62,057 nucleotides of DNA from a virus. Lineage: Duplodnaviria; Caudoviricetes. The notes beneath the pieces were generated by a model that was not told the origin of the DNA, did no database searches, and saw only the letters and a list, made by a program, of their open reading frames with translations. Below, one piece after another: positions 47,874-57,180 of the stretch. Location of the stretch: IMG/VR virus record IMGVR_UViG_3300032285_002448, positions 1 through 62,057 of that record. One strand, written 5' to 3'. Position 1 is the first letter of the stretch, and the number at the start of each line of letters is the position of its first letter. Both the position numbers and the translations under genes were made by a program.

Positions 47874-48939
47874 TGACTACTTGATCTCTTGATTTTGCAA
47901 AGTTACTTGTAGGAGCTCTGCCACACATCCTAGCACAAGTTATTAAACTACGTTCATTCCAGTAATTAAACCATAACTGTTGATAGCTATCTGAATCAAC
48001 AATATCCTTTACTGTATTTGTTACAGCATTTAATTTGTCAATACCACCAAATGATTCTACAATATCGTGATACTGTGATAGCATTTCATATCTTACAGAA
48101 GCCGCATCATTTTCATCTATGTATGTATAAGGAGAACTTGCTATCCAGCAACAAGGAAATACATTTTTAAATGCATCTATATAGATTTCTTTTTGATTTA
48201 ATGCTTGACAATCAATAACCGATTCAGCCATTATCTTTTTATAAGAATTGATTACCTGTTTGTCAATAAATTTCAAGGGAGTATCTGTTGCTGGTTCTAT
48301 TATATGTGTAACGTTTCCGGACTTATCCAATACATCAACTTTAGGTTCTAGCATAAATCTTGAACTATTTTTCATAACAAAAGTTGCAAATCCTAATTCT
48401 TTACTCAACTGTCTAGCTTGTTCTACTTGATCTTGATTGTGTTTGAATCTAATAAAACACCACTCAGCAGTTCCGCCTGCTTCTATAAATGCTTTGGCAT
48501 TTTTTAAGATAGTATTAAAGTTAGTACCTATACGATATATGCTATGAGTGTCGTCAAGACCATCTAGAGCAAATACTACATTATGTGTTTTAGGTAATGC
48601 TCCTGCTAATTCTTTCCACCAGCTGACGGGTCTTGCACTTCCGTTAGTGTGTACACGAATATTAAGAGAAGGATTAACTTCAGTAGAATACCTACACATA
48701 TCAATCAAATCTTTGTTGAGTATAGGGTCTCCAAAATTGCCACAAAAGAAAAATCCGTCAAGCTGATTCAGAACTTCTGGACTCATGATAGTTTTGTATT
48801 CTTCTAGAGTCCAATCGTTCAAACGTATCAACGGATTTTCTAAGCCGCCATTTCGATTCCGCGCACACATAGGACAACTGGCTTGACAGTTATTTGTAAT
48901 TTCTAAATGCGCTTGCTGAAGCTGATCAAATTTAAACAC
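47866..48939 (-). CDS. Radical SAM/SPASM protein
   Basis: CQASCPMC, CGNFGDP, HTNGS and FALDG, plus C-terminal C...PCCW...CARMCG. Confidence 0.9.
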   Translation of the reverse strand: MFKFDQLQQAHLEITNNCQASCPMCARNRNGGLENPLIRLNDWTLEEYKTIMSPEVLNQLDGFFFCGNFGDPILNKDLIDMCRYSTEVNPSLNIRVHTNGSARPVSWWKELAGALPKTHNVVFALDGLDDTHSIYRIGTNFNTILKNAKAFIEAGGTAEWCFIRFKHNQDQVEQARQLSKELGFATFVMKNSSRFMLEPKVDVLDKSGNVTHIIEPATDTPLKFIDKQVINSYKKIMAESVIDCQALNQKEIYIDAFKNVFPCCWIASSPYTYIDENDAASVRYEMLSQYHDIVESFGGIDKLNAVTNTVKDIVDSDSYQQLWFNYWNERSLITCARMCGRAPTSNFAKSRDQVVNE

Positions 48940-49730
48940 TATTTTAATCCTAGCTCTTTACGGATCTTAGTAGCACTTATATCAGTAATTGTTTCGTCAA
49001 ACGTTTCTTCGCCAGCAGTATAGCCTACACCACGTCCCCAACCAATATGCACAATGTTAGGAACAACTTGTATTTCATACTGTCCTTGATACAACGGATC
49101 CAAATCACGCTTGATAAAGCTCTTTACTTTTTCTACTTCAAACGGGTTACTACCTTGCCATCCTTGTACATCACGCACTTGAATAATAACTTGTCCAGTC
49201 TTGGATAGAAGTCTTTCAAACAATGCCCGATGTCCATCATGCCATGGTTGCCACCGCCCTAACATTTGTACAGTTTCTTTCTTCCAATCAAATGTAGGAC
49301 GTCTACGATTATCAATAATATGGTCAGCAATAAAGTCTGCCCATTTTTCAGCATCTTGTTCTGTGATACGGAAGTCGTACAGTTCAGGCTCTTGGAACAT
49401 AGCATTAGTATCAGCATATCGACCTTCACGAATAGTATCTACCCAGATAGTCCAGTCTGCTTTAAAGTTGTTACGCATTTCAACTAAGGGAGCAACAAAG
49501 TCAGCAATGGCATAGTCGCACTCTAATCTATCTGCAAGCTCACGCATACGCTTACTTTGGCGAATACGTCCTGCTTCACTAAAGTCCCAGTCATCATACT
49601 CTGCACGAACACGATCAGCATTGAGCCACACAAGTTTTTTATCGTGTGCTTCTAGTCTATTCTTCAATGCTTCTGCTAGAGTTGTTTTGCCAGAGCCCGG
49701 CAATCCCATAATTAAAATACGCTGTGTCAT
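48939..49730 (-). CDS. Adenylyl-sulfate (APS) kinase-like domain fused to an HxGH nucleotidyltransferase domain
   Basis: P-loop GLPGSGKTT, LNADRVR, DFSEAGR and ADFVAP, plus C-terminal MLGRWQPWHDGH. Confidence 0.75.
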   Translation of the reverse strand: MTQRILIMGLPGSGKTTLAEALKNRLEAHDKKLVWLNADRVRAEYDDWDFSEAGRIRQSKRMRELADRLECDYAIADFVAPLVEMRNNFKADWTIWVDTIREGRYADTNAMFQEPELYDFRITEQDAEKWADFIADHIIDNRRRPTFDWKKETVQMLGRWQPWHDGHRALFERLLSKTGQVIIQVRDVQGWQGSNPFEVEKVKSFIKRDLDPLYQGQYEIQVVPNIVHIGWGRGVGYTAGEETFDETITDISATKIRKELGLK

Positions 49731-49903
49731 GTTTTCTCCCAAAATTTTTCATGTATATAATATAAGATAGTATTAGCTATCATTTGTACTATAGCGATTC
49801 CGCTAGATGCTACCAGTTGGCCTGTTATAGCATAACTGATAATAAAAGTTGATAGTGACCCAATCAACCTCCATGTTAACGTTTTAATGATTATCCTAGG
49901 CAT
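49727..49903 (-). CDS. Small membrane protein, DUF2061-like (not in ORF track)
   Basis: MPRIIIKTLTWRLIGSLSTFIISYAITGQLVASSGIAIVQMIANTILYYIHEKFWEKT*, showing the KTxTWR...YYxHExxW pattern. ATGA overlap with the APS-kinase gene. Confidence 0.8.
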   Translation of the reverse strand: MPRIIIKTLTWRLIGSLSTFIISYAITGQLVASSGIAIVQMIANTILYYIHEKFWEKT

Positions 49904-50489
49904 TTTTTCCTATAATCATCCAACGTGTATACAAGGGCAATTCTAACTCGCCTGCCCATATAATATCAACACCGCATTGTGTTTTAAATTCTTCTAGATC
50001 TTTAGCTGTTCTAACGTGTTCAGGTATATCATAATTGTTGCTCTGGAGAACTAATAAACTATTATGAGGCATGCCTGATTTCCAAAGATCGAATTGATCT
50101 TGAGTAATATGTTCACAACTTGTGTTAATAATAACATCAGCATCACTGCAGATAGCACACATATCGGCAGTTACTGCTTTGAACTTTCCCTGTATTTCTT
50201 CTTGCTTGTTCATCATAGTAGCAATAGGCTCACAGCTAGGATCAATATCAATACTGCGAATACTATTGATATAGATATCGCTTTGAAATAACATACTGGC
50301 TAACACACCAACCCACCCGCCATGAATATCTATGCTGACAAACTTGTTTACATTTTTACGTAAATTCTTAATCAACCATTCTTTACTTTTAAGTTGCCCA
50401 GACCAGAAGGCATCCATAGTCCGCATAGGATCTGGACTTTGACGGATGGCTTGCATCCAGTAGTGTAAATGTTCTGTGTCTATTTGCAT
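49896..50489 (-). CDS. Class I SAM-dependent methyltransferase-like protein
   Basis: IHGGWVG, SIDID, TADM and DVIINTSCEH. Confidence 0.65.
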   Translation of the reverse strand: MQIDTEHLHYWMQAIRQSPDPMRTMDAFWSGQLKSKEWLIKNLRKNVNKFVSIDIHGGWVGVLASMLFQSDIYINSIRSIDIDPSCEPIATMMNKQEEIQGKFKAVTADMCAICSDADVIINTSCEHITQDQFDLWKSGMPHNSLLVLQSNNYDIPEHVRTAKDLEEFKTQCGVDIIWAGELELPLYTRWMIIGKNA

Positions 50490-51436
50490 TTTGGTATCTT
50501 GCTGTCTGCCGAACTAACGCAACGATCAGTTATACATATCTTAGGAGCAGAAAACAAAGTAAAGTTATCTATTGTTCCTAAACTTTCTTCCTTGCAACTA
50601 TATGCTCGTTTTACCTCAGCACCTTTTATTATAACACTTTGGTACCCACTATTACAAGTCCAATTAGTAAATTGGTTAAATCCTAACGCATTAAACCTTT
50701 CTGCTTGATCTATAAAATAGTTTTGTTTACCATCTGTTAATCTAACTTGCGGTTCGGTTTGTTGTTCAAAGTCATCCTGCATGATTTTTATCATGTCGCT
50801 GGTATATCCATCTACAACAGCAGTAGCAGTATCATTGCTTTGAGGTTTAAGTGTTACATTGATTCCACGACTACGCAACCGATTGCATCGTTCTAAAGTT
50901 TCATAAAACTTTTCAGGAACCATAACTTGGTTAACCGTTACATGTACAAGCTCGTACATTAGCTGTAAACATTTGTCACCAAACTCTTGCTCTTTGGCAA
51001 ATTCAGCATGGAAGCTGGCTGTAATACTTTTACGTTGCAATGGTGCAGTGATGTTACACCAATTTTTCCACCAGTTAGATCCAGGAGATAAATTTGTAGT
51101 CATGTGTATACTTTGATACGGACTTTCTAATTCATCAATGTGTTTAATTAAGTTAGGAAGCTCTTTGTATGCTGTTGGTTCCCCACCCGAGAAGCTCCAA
51201 TGAAATTGTGTAAATCCGTTCAGCCGTGCTTGCCTCTTGATTTCATCTACGGTGTTTTTATAAACATCAAGCGATTGGTAATCTAATCTATCACTGCGAG
51301 CATATGGCCAACAATAACTGCATTTGTAATTACAAAATCTGCCTAGTATCCAACTAACATTGAATAACGGACGATCCAACATTGTCTGTTGTCCAAATTT
51401 AGATATACTATCAAATGGTATCAAAGAATATTGCAT
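50480..51436 (-). CDS. Radical SAM protein with C-terminal SPASM-like Cys domain
   Basis: CNYKCSYC, FSGGEPT, TTNLS and ASFH, plus C-terminal WTCNSG...C...IC...C. Confidence 0.9.
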   Translation of the reverse strand: MQYSLIPFDSISKFGQQTMLDRPLFNVSWILGRFCNYKCSYCWPYARSDRLDYQSLDVYKNTVDEIKRQARLNGFTQFHWSFSGGEPTAYKELPNLIKHIDELESPYQSIHMTTNLSPGSNWWKNWCNITAPLQRKSITASFHAEFAKEQEFGDKCLQLMYELVHVTVNQVMVPEKFYETLERCNRLRSRGINVTLKPQSNDTATAVVDGYTSDMIKIMQDDFEQQTEPQVRLTDGKQNYFIDQAERFNALGFNQFTNWTCNSGYQSVIIKGAEVKRAYSCKEESLGTIDNFTLFSAPKICITDRCVSSADSKIPKCK

Positions 51437-51445
51437 TATATGTAA

Positions 51446-52339
51446 TTATTTTCTTTCGTTGATGCTGTCATACAATAACTTTGCTATCACTGCATGCCCT
51501 TTTCTTGTAGGATGACAACAGTTGGTTATGTACTCTGAAGGTTTATCTAAATTGATATAGTGCTTCCACCAACCTCCAAAAATAAGATCTGGGTTATTTT
51601 CTAATTTCAAAAGCTCTTGTAGGAACGTTTCAGATCCATTAGGGTATATATAGTTAGACCAATCTACTCTATCGATTAAATTTTTGTTGTCTTTTTCTAG
51701 GGCAGGAATTAAACCGCATAAGGTCCTCATTAGCCAAGTTCTATTGGCTCGTAAATCAAATGCGCTTGCAAGGAAAAATTTATATCCGTGCGCTTTGCAG
51801 TACGTTTGAACTTCTAATATAGATAACAAAAGTTCTACAGCAATAAATCGTTCTGAGTAAATGTGGGTAGCATAGGCTTTCCATAGCTCGTAATTAGTAG
51901 CAGTTGGATCATTATAGTTAGGCCACATGGCTTCAAAGCTATAGTGTCCTGACTTATCTTTAGCACCCCAGTCTTTGTTAACAAAATCAAACCTTTCTAA
52001 TCCAGTCATCAAGAATACAACAATCACTTCGTTAGATTCATCTATTGTTAGTCTATTGTTAAGATACAGTTGTTTAACACAACCTCTATTGCCTATTCCT
52101 GCGTGTCCCATATTAACGGGAACATAATCTGTTAGATAATTATCACACAGTTGTTTTACCCAACTGCCTTCATATTGCTCGGCTATTAGTTTTTTATCGA
52201 ATGTAAACCCATCAATCTTGTTGTTATATTTTTTCCAAATAGCGTCTGTATATGCTCCTACACCTTGTGTGAAACTATCGCCTAATCCAATAAGAACTTT
52301 GTCGCCTTTTTTAATTTTAGGAACGTGTTCATGAAACAT
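51446..52339 (-). CDS. SGNH/GDSL hydrolase-like protein
   Basis: GLGDSFTQGVG, NMGHAGIGN and CCHPTRKGH. Confidence 0.7.
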   Translation of the reverse strand: MFHEHVPKIKKGDKVLIGLGDSFTQGVGAYTDAIWKKYNNKIDGFTFDKKLIAEQYEGSWVKQLCDNYLTDYVPVNMGHAGIGNRGCVKQLYLNNRLTIDESNEVIVVFLMTGLERFDFVNKDWGAKDKSGHYSFEAMWPNYNDPTATNYELWKAYATHIYSERFIAVELLLSILEVQTYCKAHGYKFFLASAFDLRANRTWLMRTLCGLIPALEKDNKNLIDRVDWSNYIYPNGSETFLQELLKLENNPDLIFGGWWKHYINLDKPSEYITNCCHPTRKGHAVIAKLLYDSINERK

Positions 52340-53597
52340 TAAAATAATCCTTACAGTAATTTAACAACTCAACAGATCCTAAAGTCCTAATATCTTTTCT
52401 AGAATGAAAATGATTATAGTTGTGTTCTAGTATTTCACGCATACCCATAAACCACTCTAATTTATTTTCTATTGAATCTATTCTTTTTAATTCGTTTATG
52501 ATAGCTGTCATTCTATCATGTGATGACATGCTATCGTATCTTTCATCAATAAACCCCTCAAATGTGCGGTATCCCATATCTCGTAGTGCTTGTAGGCTGT
52601 GTCGTCCTCCTAATATAATAAAAGGATGCATACAAGCAATAGATTTAAAAGTTTTTTCGCTAATAAACACAGCACGGTCTTCGTCATTAAAGATAGGCTC
52701 ACTTACAACGCTTACCCAGCTGTCTTTATACACTTGTTCGTATATTCTGTCTATATAATATCCGTCGCCAAATTGTGTATTTGATTGTCCGTATATTTCT
52801 AAAGGCAGTATAGATCTTGCTTGTTGTAACAAGTCGTTATCTGGCATTCTTCCGTCAATCATACCAACGTGCATATCTCCCCAATCATTTGTACTAATCA
52901 GTCCCTTATCTATTAAGTTAGATTTATACATCTGACCAAGAAACCATATCCTATGAGTTCTTAATCTTTTCTGTAGGCAACTAAACGTTTTAATCTCGTT
53001 GTTCTTTTTATATTCAATATTAGTATTCCAATCTTGGAACAACTGAGTATCTCGTGCTATTTGCATCACTGCAAACTCAAAGTGCGCATAGCCAATAGTT
53101 TTTAATTTGTCAGTGATGCCATTTTGATTAGCCCAACTATCGTAGTCTGCGCCTGTATTCCAATTGCCTGTTACATACACTACAGATTTAGGAGGAATAC
53201 TGTACTTGATAAACTGTTCATGAAACCATTCCCACAACCAAGAAATATGATATCCTTCCAGTCCTTGATCTAATAATAGTAATGCACGACCTTCTTGTAA
53301 ATCTTTTAGATAGATAGGACTAATCCAATCAAACAGGTTAGATCGACCTCTGCCTCGTGTCCAATCAACTGGATGGTGCCTTACTCCTACAGGTATTACA
53401 TAATTGTCTGGTCTATTTTTTACACTAAAGATATTGGTAGGACATATTACATAATTTTTAGAATCATAATGTCTAGTTGTTTCAGCCAGTACACTAGGAT
53501 GAAAGCGACTAAGACCAGATGGATTGTTCTCTTTGCATTCAATAAAGTTTAACTTATCATCTAATGTATGGCTTTGCTCATATACCCAATTAATCAT
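52329..53597 (-). CDS. Glycosyltransferase-like protein (GT-B type C-terminus)
   Basis: FSCLQKRLRTHR...SVVSE...FISEKTFKSIACMHPFII.G...GYRTF...IDERYD...HNY. Paralog of 57898..59082. Start moved to MINWVY. Confidence 0.55.
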   Translation of the reverse strand: MINWVYEQSHTLDDKLNFIECKENNPSGLSRFHPSVLAETTRHYDSKNYVICPTNIFSVKNRPDNYVIPVGVRHHPVDWTRGRGRSNLFDWISPIYLKDLQEGRALLLLDQGLEGYHISWLWEWFHEQFIKYSIPPKSVVYVTGNWNTGADYDSWANQNGITDKLKTIGYAHFEFAVMQIARDTQLFQDWNTNIEYKKNNEIKTFSCLQKRLRTHRIWFLGQMYKSNLIDKGLISTNDWGDMHVGMIDGRMPDNDLLQQARSILPLEIYGQSNTQFGDGYYIDRIYEQVYKDSWVSVVSEPIFNDEDRAVFISEKTFKSIACMHPFIILGGRHSLQALRDMGYRTFEGFIDERYDSMSSHDRMTAIINELKRIDSIENKLEWFMGMREILEHNYNHFHSRKDIRTLGSVELLNYCKDYFNVS

Positions 53598-54936
53598 GTA
53601 GCGATCGGCAATCTTCGAAGAATTTAATGAGCTCTGGGAAAGTATTATAGAATGACGTACGGCGTCTTTTATCATATTCCGTAAACCAACTATAAAAATC
53701 TTTACGACCCTCAATAAGTCTATCTTGATCATAATTTGTGTTCCTCATATATTCAACAACACGACTAAACTTTTCACACTCTAGCGCAGAGAATTTATTT
53801 TTGTGCATATACTCTAAAGAGGTCTCCATGTAAGGCATAAAATCTTCCTTAGGTAGCAAATTCATATCGTATTGCAATGGTTCTTTTAGATAGGGTGTAT
53901 CAAATCTTATACGTTGTTTTGTACTAAACCAGCCGTTATATTTTCTACGCCATTGTTTTATCTTAACTAATAATGAACTAAAATTTGTAACTGTTAAGAT
54001 GTTAAATGTACACATGAAAGTTATAGGCTGTTTAGTTTTAGTTAGATACGTGTGCAAGTTCTTTTCCCAAACTGCAATATCTAATCCTGTGCGTATATAC
54101 TCTGCAGGTTCTCCCCACGTGTCAATGCTGGTAAACAATTTAAAGTGTTTGATCTTGTTTTCTTTTAACAGTCTGTTGACTTTTTCCACAAGCCTTTCAA
54201 TAAGGATTGGTTTGACTCCAAGATTGCTATTAAGATTAAGCTCGAGATTAGGTTTAGGATTATCGTACAGATCATCTAACAGTTTCCATGTTGATTGTTG
54301 CAATAACGGTTCTCCGCCTGTAATGCGTAAGATGTTTAGAGTCTTACTAACTTCAGGCCACCACTTCCACCATGCTTCAACATATGGATTAGTTTCTTCT
54401 TCGTATAGATGCAGATAGTCGATATCATTACGATGATTCTTAACCATTGTATAAGGACCAAAGTCTTTGATCTCTTTGTAGTATGCAGAGCTGTGCTTTG
54501 GATGGCAATATCCGCATTTAAAATTACATTCATTACCAAAACTGATCTCAATGTATTCTGGATTGACAGGAGCTAGAGGATTGGTCTTTATAGCTCCTAG
54601 ACGTTCTTCGTTATATATGCTGGCATTGCGTTCGTGACGATCGCTAATATGCTCGCCTGGCAATGCTTCAATGTTCCAGCAGTATTGGCAACCGCCAGGC
54701 TTTTGTCCATCTAGCATCTGTTGACGCTCTGCTGTCTTTTGTGGAGTATTGTGTAATACGCTAGGATCTTCCTTTAACAAGTCCAAAGGAATAGCATGCG
54801 GCCGTGGATGATAGCAACTGTGTGTTTGACCACTCTGTAGATATATTGTAGTATGATGCCACTTAGCCAAACAGAACGTAGGACTTATTTCATTGACTAT
54901 CGGTATTACTTTTTGAATACGACTAATTTCGCTCAA
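53590..54936 (-). CDS. Radical SAM protein with N-terminal twitch-like domain
   Basis: FCLAKW...SCYHP...CQYCW, then CNFKCGYC, ITGGEPL, NSNL and FTSID. Probable TTG start at 54936. Confidence 0.9.
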   Translation of the reverse strand: MSEISRIQKVIPIVNEISPTFCLAKWHHTTIYLQSGQTHSCYHPRPHAIPLDLLKEDPSVLHNTPQKTAERQQMLDGQKPGGCQYCWNIEALPGEHISDRHERNASIYNEERLGAIKTNPLAPVNPEYIEISFGNECNFKCGYCHPKHSSAYYKEIKDFGPYTMVKNHRNDIDYLHLYEEETNPYVEAWWKWWPEVSKTLNILRITGGEPLLQQSTWKLLDDLYDNPKPNLELNLNSNLGVKPILIERLVEKVNRLLKENKIKHFKLFTSIDTWGEPAEYIRTGLDIAVWEKNLHTYLTKTKQPITFMCTFNILTVTNFSSLLVKIKQWRRKYNGWFSTKQRIRFDTPYLKEPLQYDMNLLPKEDFMPYMETSLEYMHKNKFSALECEKFSRVVEYMRNTNYDQDRLIEGRKDFYSWFTEYDKRRRTSFYNTFPELIKFFEDCRSLHD

Positions 54937-55672
54937 TGTCTGCCTCACTACAGTTAGTTCCAAACTGTATTTCTACAATGCGGCATGACACATCAAAGGG
55001 GTTGTGTAACTGATGCCATTGGTTGACTGATATCTCAATACCGTCATGTTTGTTTAACGTTAGATTATGCATGTCTAGTCTTTTAACTTCGCATGCGCCT
55101 TCTGTAACTAACCAAAACTCTGTTCTATGCTGATGTCTTTGCATTGATAAAGATTGCTTTGGTTCAATTGTTAATTCCTTTACCTTAGTGCCCGGTACTT
55201 CGTGTAGCACTCGATAATATCCCCAAGGGCGTTCTGTCTTAGGTGCCTTCCACTCATCAAGTATCCAACTAGAACTATTAACTTTGTTATCCCCGCCTAC
55301 TCCAAAGACAAACTCTAAATTCAAATACTTTTTTAGTAGATCCATTTCTGGGATATTGTCTTTGGTTCTATCACCACCGTTAGCAAATACAATATCGTGA
55401 TTAGGAAATATTTCTCTAGCTTTACGAATAGCATCTTTAGCAGAGTTGTCATCGTCATTAAAACTAATAACACGATCAACTACATGCATAGCACTGATGA
55501 TAGTTGCACGTTCTTCCCAAGGCATAAATGCACGGCCTTTTTTACGCTCTAGCCAACTATCACTATTAAGGCCAACAACCAGTTTATCTCCTAGCTCTCG
55601 AGCAGAGTTAAAGTATGCAATGTGTCCGGAATGGAGAGGGTCAAAACCCCCAGTAACTAAAACTATTTTCAT
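54923..55672 (-). CDS. Cytidylyltransferase-like (RfaE/TagD-type) domain fused to a mannose-6-P isomerase-type cupin
   Basis: TGGFDPLHSGH, GLNSD, KKGR and FANGGDR, then ERPWGYY...LSMQRH.HR.EFW...WHQL.N...IVEIQ.G...EADIER. Confidence 0.85.
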   Translation of the reverse strand: MKIVLVTGGFDPLHSGHIAYFNSARELGDKLVVGLNSDSWLERKKGRAFMPWEERATIISAMHVVDRVISFNDDDNSAKDAIRKAREIFPNHDIVFANGGDRTKDNIPEMDLLKKYLNLEFVFGVGGDNKVNSSSWILDEWKAPKTERPWGYYRVLHEVPGTKVKELTIEPKQSLSMQRHQHRTEFWLVTEGACEVKRLDMHNLTLNKHDGIEISVNQWHQLHNPFDVSCRIVEIQFGTNCSEADIERN

Positions 55673-55710
55673 ACTCTTAATTATCTGGGGGTTATGTGTT
55701 GCTGAGTCTG

Positions 55711-55821
55711 TTATGAGTTGATATCTATCTTTAGAATCTTAACAAGCAAAATGTGGAATGTTTCCATTATTGATTGTTGAACTCGCATGACTTCTGCAAG
55801 GTATGCGTCTATTAAGACCAT
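55711..55821 (-). CDS. 36-aa hypothetical peptide (not in ORF track)
   Basis: MVLIDAYLAEVMRVQQSIMETFHILLVKILKIDINS* with an AAGGAG SD directly after the upstream stop. Confidence 0.5.
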   Translation of the reverse strand: MVLIDAYLAEVMRVQQSIMETFHILLVKILKIDINS

Positions 55822-55831
55822 TTGAATCTCC

Positions 55832-56083
55832 TTATTTGCCGCTGTAGTCCTTGACTACGCCGCCGTGACGTTCGCTTTGTCCTTTACTTCCGGATTTACC
55901 ACGTAGGCTTTTACCGGAACCTTTCTCGCCTTGTTTTCCAGTACCATCTGTGTGGTCTGAATCATGTGCAAGATACCCTAAGCTAACGCATTGATTGTAA
56001 CGGACACGACTTTTGGTGTTTCCGCTCTTGCATTGGCTACGGGTTGGATTGGCGATTTCTGATATGAATTCAATTGCTCTCAT
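55832..56083 (-). CDS. Small basic protein with MRAIEFISE N-terminus (possible internal head protein)
   Basis: ATG at 56083 is 5 nt after TAAATA. The protein is K/G/S-rich, and its N-terminus resembles T4 capsid-targeting sequences. Confidence 0.6.
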   Translation of the reverse strand: MRAIEFISEIANPTRSQCKSGNTKSRVRYNQCVSLGYLAHDSDHTDGTGKQGEKGSGKSLRGKSGSKGQSERHGGVVKDYSGK

Positions 56084-56084
56084 A

Positions 56085-56783
56085 TCAGTATTTAGCGTGT
56101 TCACGTTCCTTATAGAAAACGTGGCCGCCTACCCTTGTTACTCTCTCTTTACTGTGTGCCCAGGGTGGTCTAATACCTGTTGCATGGAAATACAATGCAT
56201 CAGAATATTTTGATCTGAGGTCCTCATAATTCTCAGAGTCACTAAGTAGACGAAGAGCTACATGTTGGCTTTGAACCCAACGCTCATCATTACTCTTAGG
56301 GTTTTTGACAAACATACAACGCCAGCTAAACTGACAGATGCTGATCTTGGACCATACTGTTTGTTCGGTAGTTTCAACTTCCTTTTTGCCGTACCAATTG
56401 GTTTTGGTAGTTTTTAGGATTTGATTTTTAGGAATGTCCTTAGTCAGTTTCTGGTCAACGACACCACAAATGGTATCTTTGAATCTGCCATCTTGTGTAC
56501 GATTGATCGTAACAATACCTACGGCTACTTTACCTTCTTCGGGTTCACTGCCTGCTTCAAAGAATATGTTCCTTGCTAGACAGTTGAGTTCCTTCATGTT
56601 GATTACAGGGTTAGTCATTGCTTTCGCAACTGCCTGTATCTTGTCGCTTGTCATATCATAGATGTCTCTAGTGAATGACGAGTTACTTGCTACTTGATAA
56701 GACTGTAAGTCTTCTGCATGACCGGGTGCCATTACGGTCAGGGCGTATACTGCTACTAACACTAAAAAACGTGTTATTGACAT
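56085..56783 (-). CDS. Cell wall hydrolase (SleB / Hydrolase_2 family) with N-terminal signal or anchor
   Basis: CLARNIFFEAGSEPEEGKVAVG.VT.NR, TICGVV.Q, CQFSW, ALYFHA...P.W and GGHVFY. AGGAGG SD. Confidence 0.9.
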   Translation of the reverse strand: MSITRFLVLVAVYALTVMAPGHAEDLQSYQVASNSSFTRDIYDMTSDKIQAVAKAMTNPVINMKELNCLARNIFFEAGSEPEEGKVAVGIVTINRTQDGRFKDTICGVVDQKLTKDIPKNQILKTTKTNWYGKKEVETTEQTVWSKISICQFSWRCMFVKNPKSNDERWVQSQHVALRLLSDSENYEDLRSKYSDALYFHATGIRPPWAHSKERVTRVGGHVFYKEREHAKY

Positions 56784-56854
56784 AATCGTGTCCTCCTATT
56801 TTGTATACTTTACTGTATATGTGTGTGTAAATCCTTAACGGGTAAGTTTAGTTA

Positions 56855-56906
56855 CTCAAATTTGTCAGATCGGCCCAATAATAGGGCCAAAATGACTCTT
56901 TTTGAG
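56855..56906. other. Imperfect stem-loop in the intergenic region upstream of the cell wall hydrolase
   Basis: Nested inverted repeats CTCAAA/TTTGAG, GTCA/TGAC and GGCCC/GGGCC around a 7-nt loop. Confidence 0.5.
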
Positions 56907-56922
56907 CTATAAAGTAGGTACT

Positions 56923-57132
56923 TTATTCTGTACCAGCAACTACGTCAGTTAAAGGAGTATTAGTTCCTCTATACTCACGCTTTTCTTTCTTTGGAGCAAT
57001 AGCGGCATACAATTCCGCTTGAATCATTGCTCGCTTCCACTGACCCTTTAAATGTGGGTCTTGCATCTTGCTCAAAGCCAATGATGTTTTGAGTGGTTTG
57101 CTCATCTTATAGTTTGCTGTTGGTTTTAACAT
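56923..57132 (-). CDS. Small basic hypothetical protein
   Basis: MLKPTANYKMSKPLK..., with an AGGAG SD and its own sigma70 promoter. Confidence 0.7.
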   Translation of the reverse strand: MLKPTANYKMSKPLKTSLALSKMQDPHLKGQWKRAMIQAELYAAIAPKKEKREYRGTNTPLTDVVAGTE

Positions 57133-57151
57133 TTTATCTCCTGATATGAAT

Positions 57152-57180
57152 AGTATATTATCTTTCGTTGCGATTGTCAA
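57152..57180 (-). promoter_or_regulatory. Sigma70 (early) promoter
   Basis: Minus strand TTGACA(57180-57175)-N17-TATACT(57157-57152). Confidence 0.75.

Noticed and set aside
27847-54963. Long N-terminal extensions in the ORF track (starts at 28641, 31100, 30973, 36173, 42008, 42591, 53732, 54963)
   Set aside because: They overlap neighbouring genes or cross promoter boxes. Later starts give ATGA-type coupling or box-adjacent ATGs.
55711-55821. 36-aa peptide as a RiPP precursor for the radical SAM enzymes
   Set aside because: It has no Cys, Trp or repeated core motif and no leader-like pattern, so nothing in the sequence supports a precursor role.
56872-56888. GGCCC-N7-GGGCC as a rho-independent terminator
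   Set aside because: No U-tract directly follows the stem on the coding (minus) strand, so it is kept only as an unexplained hairpin.
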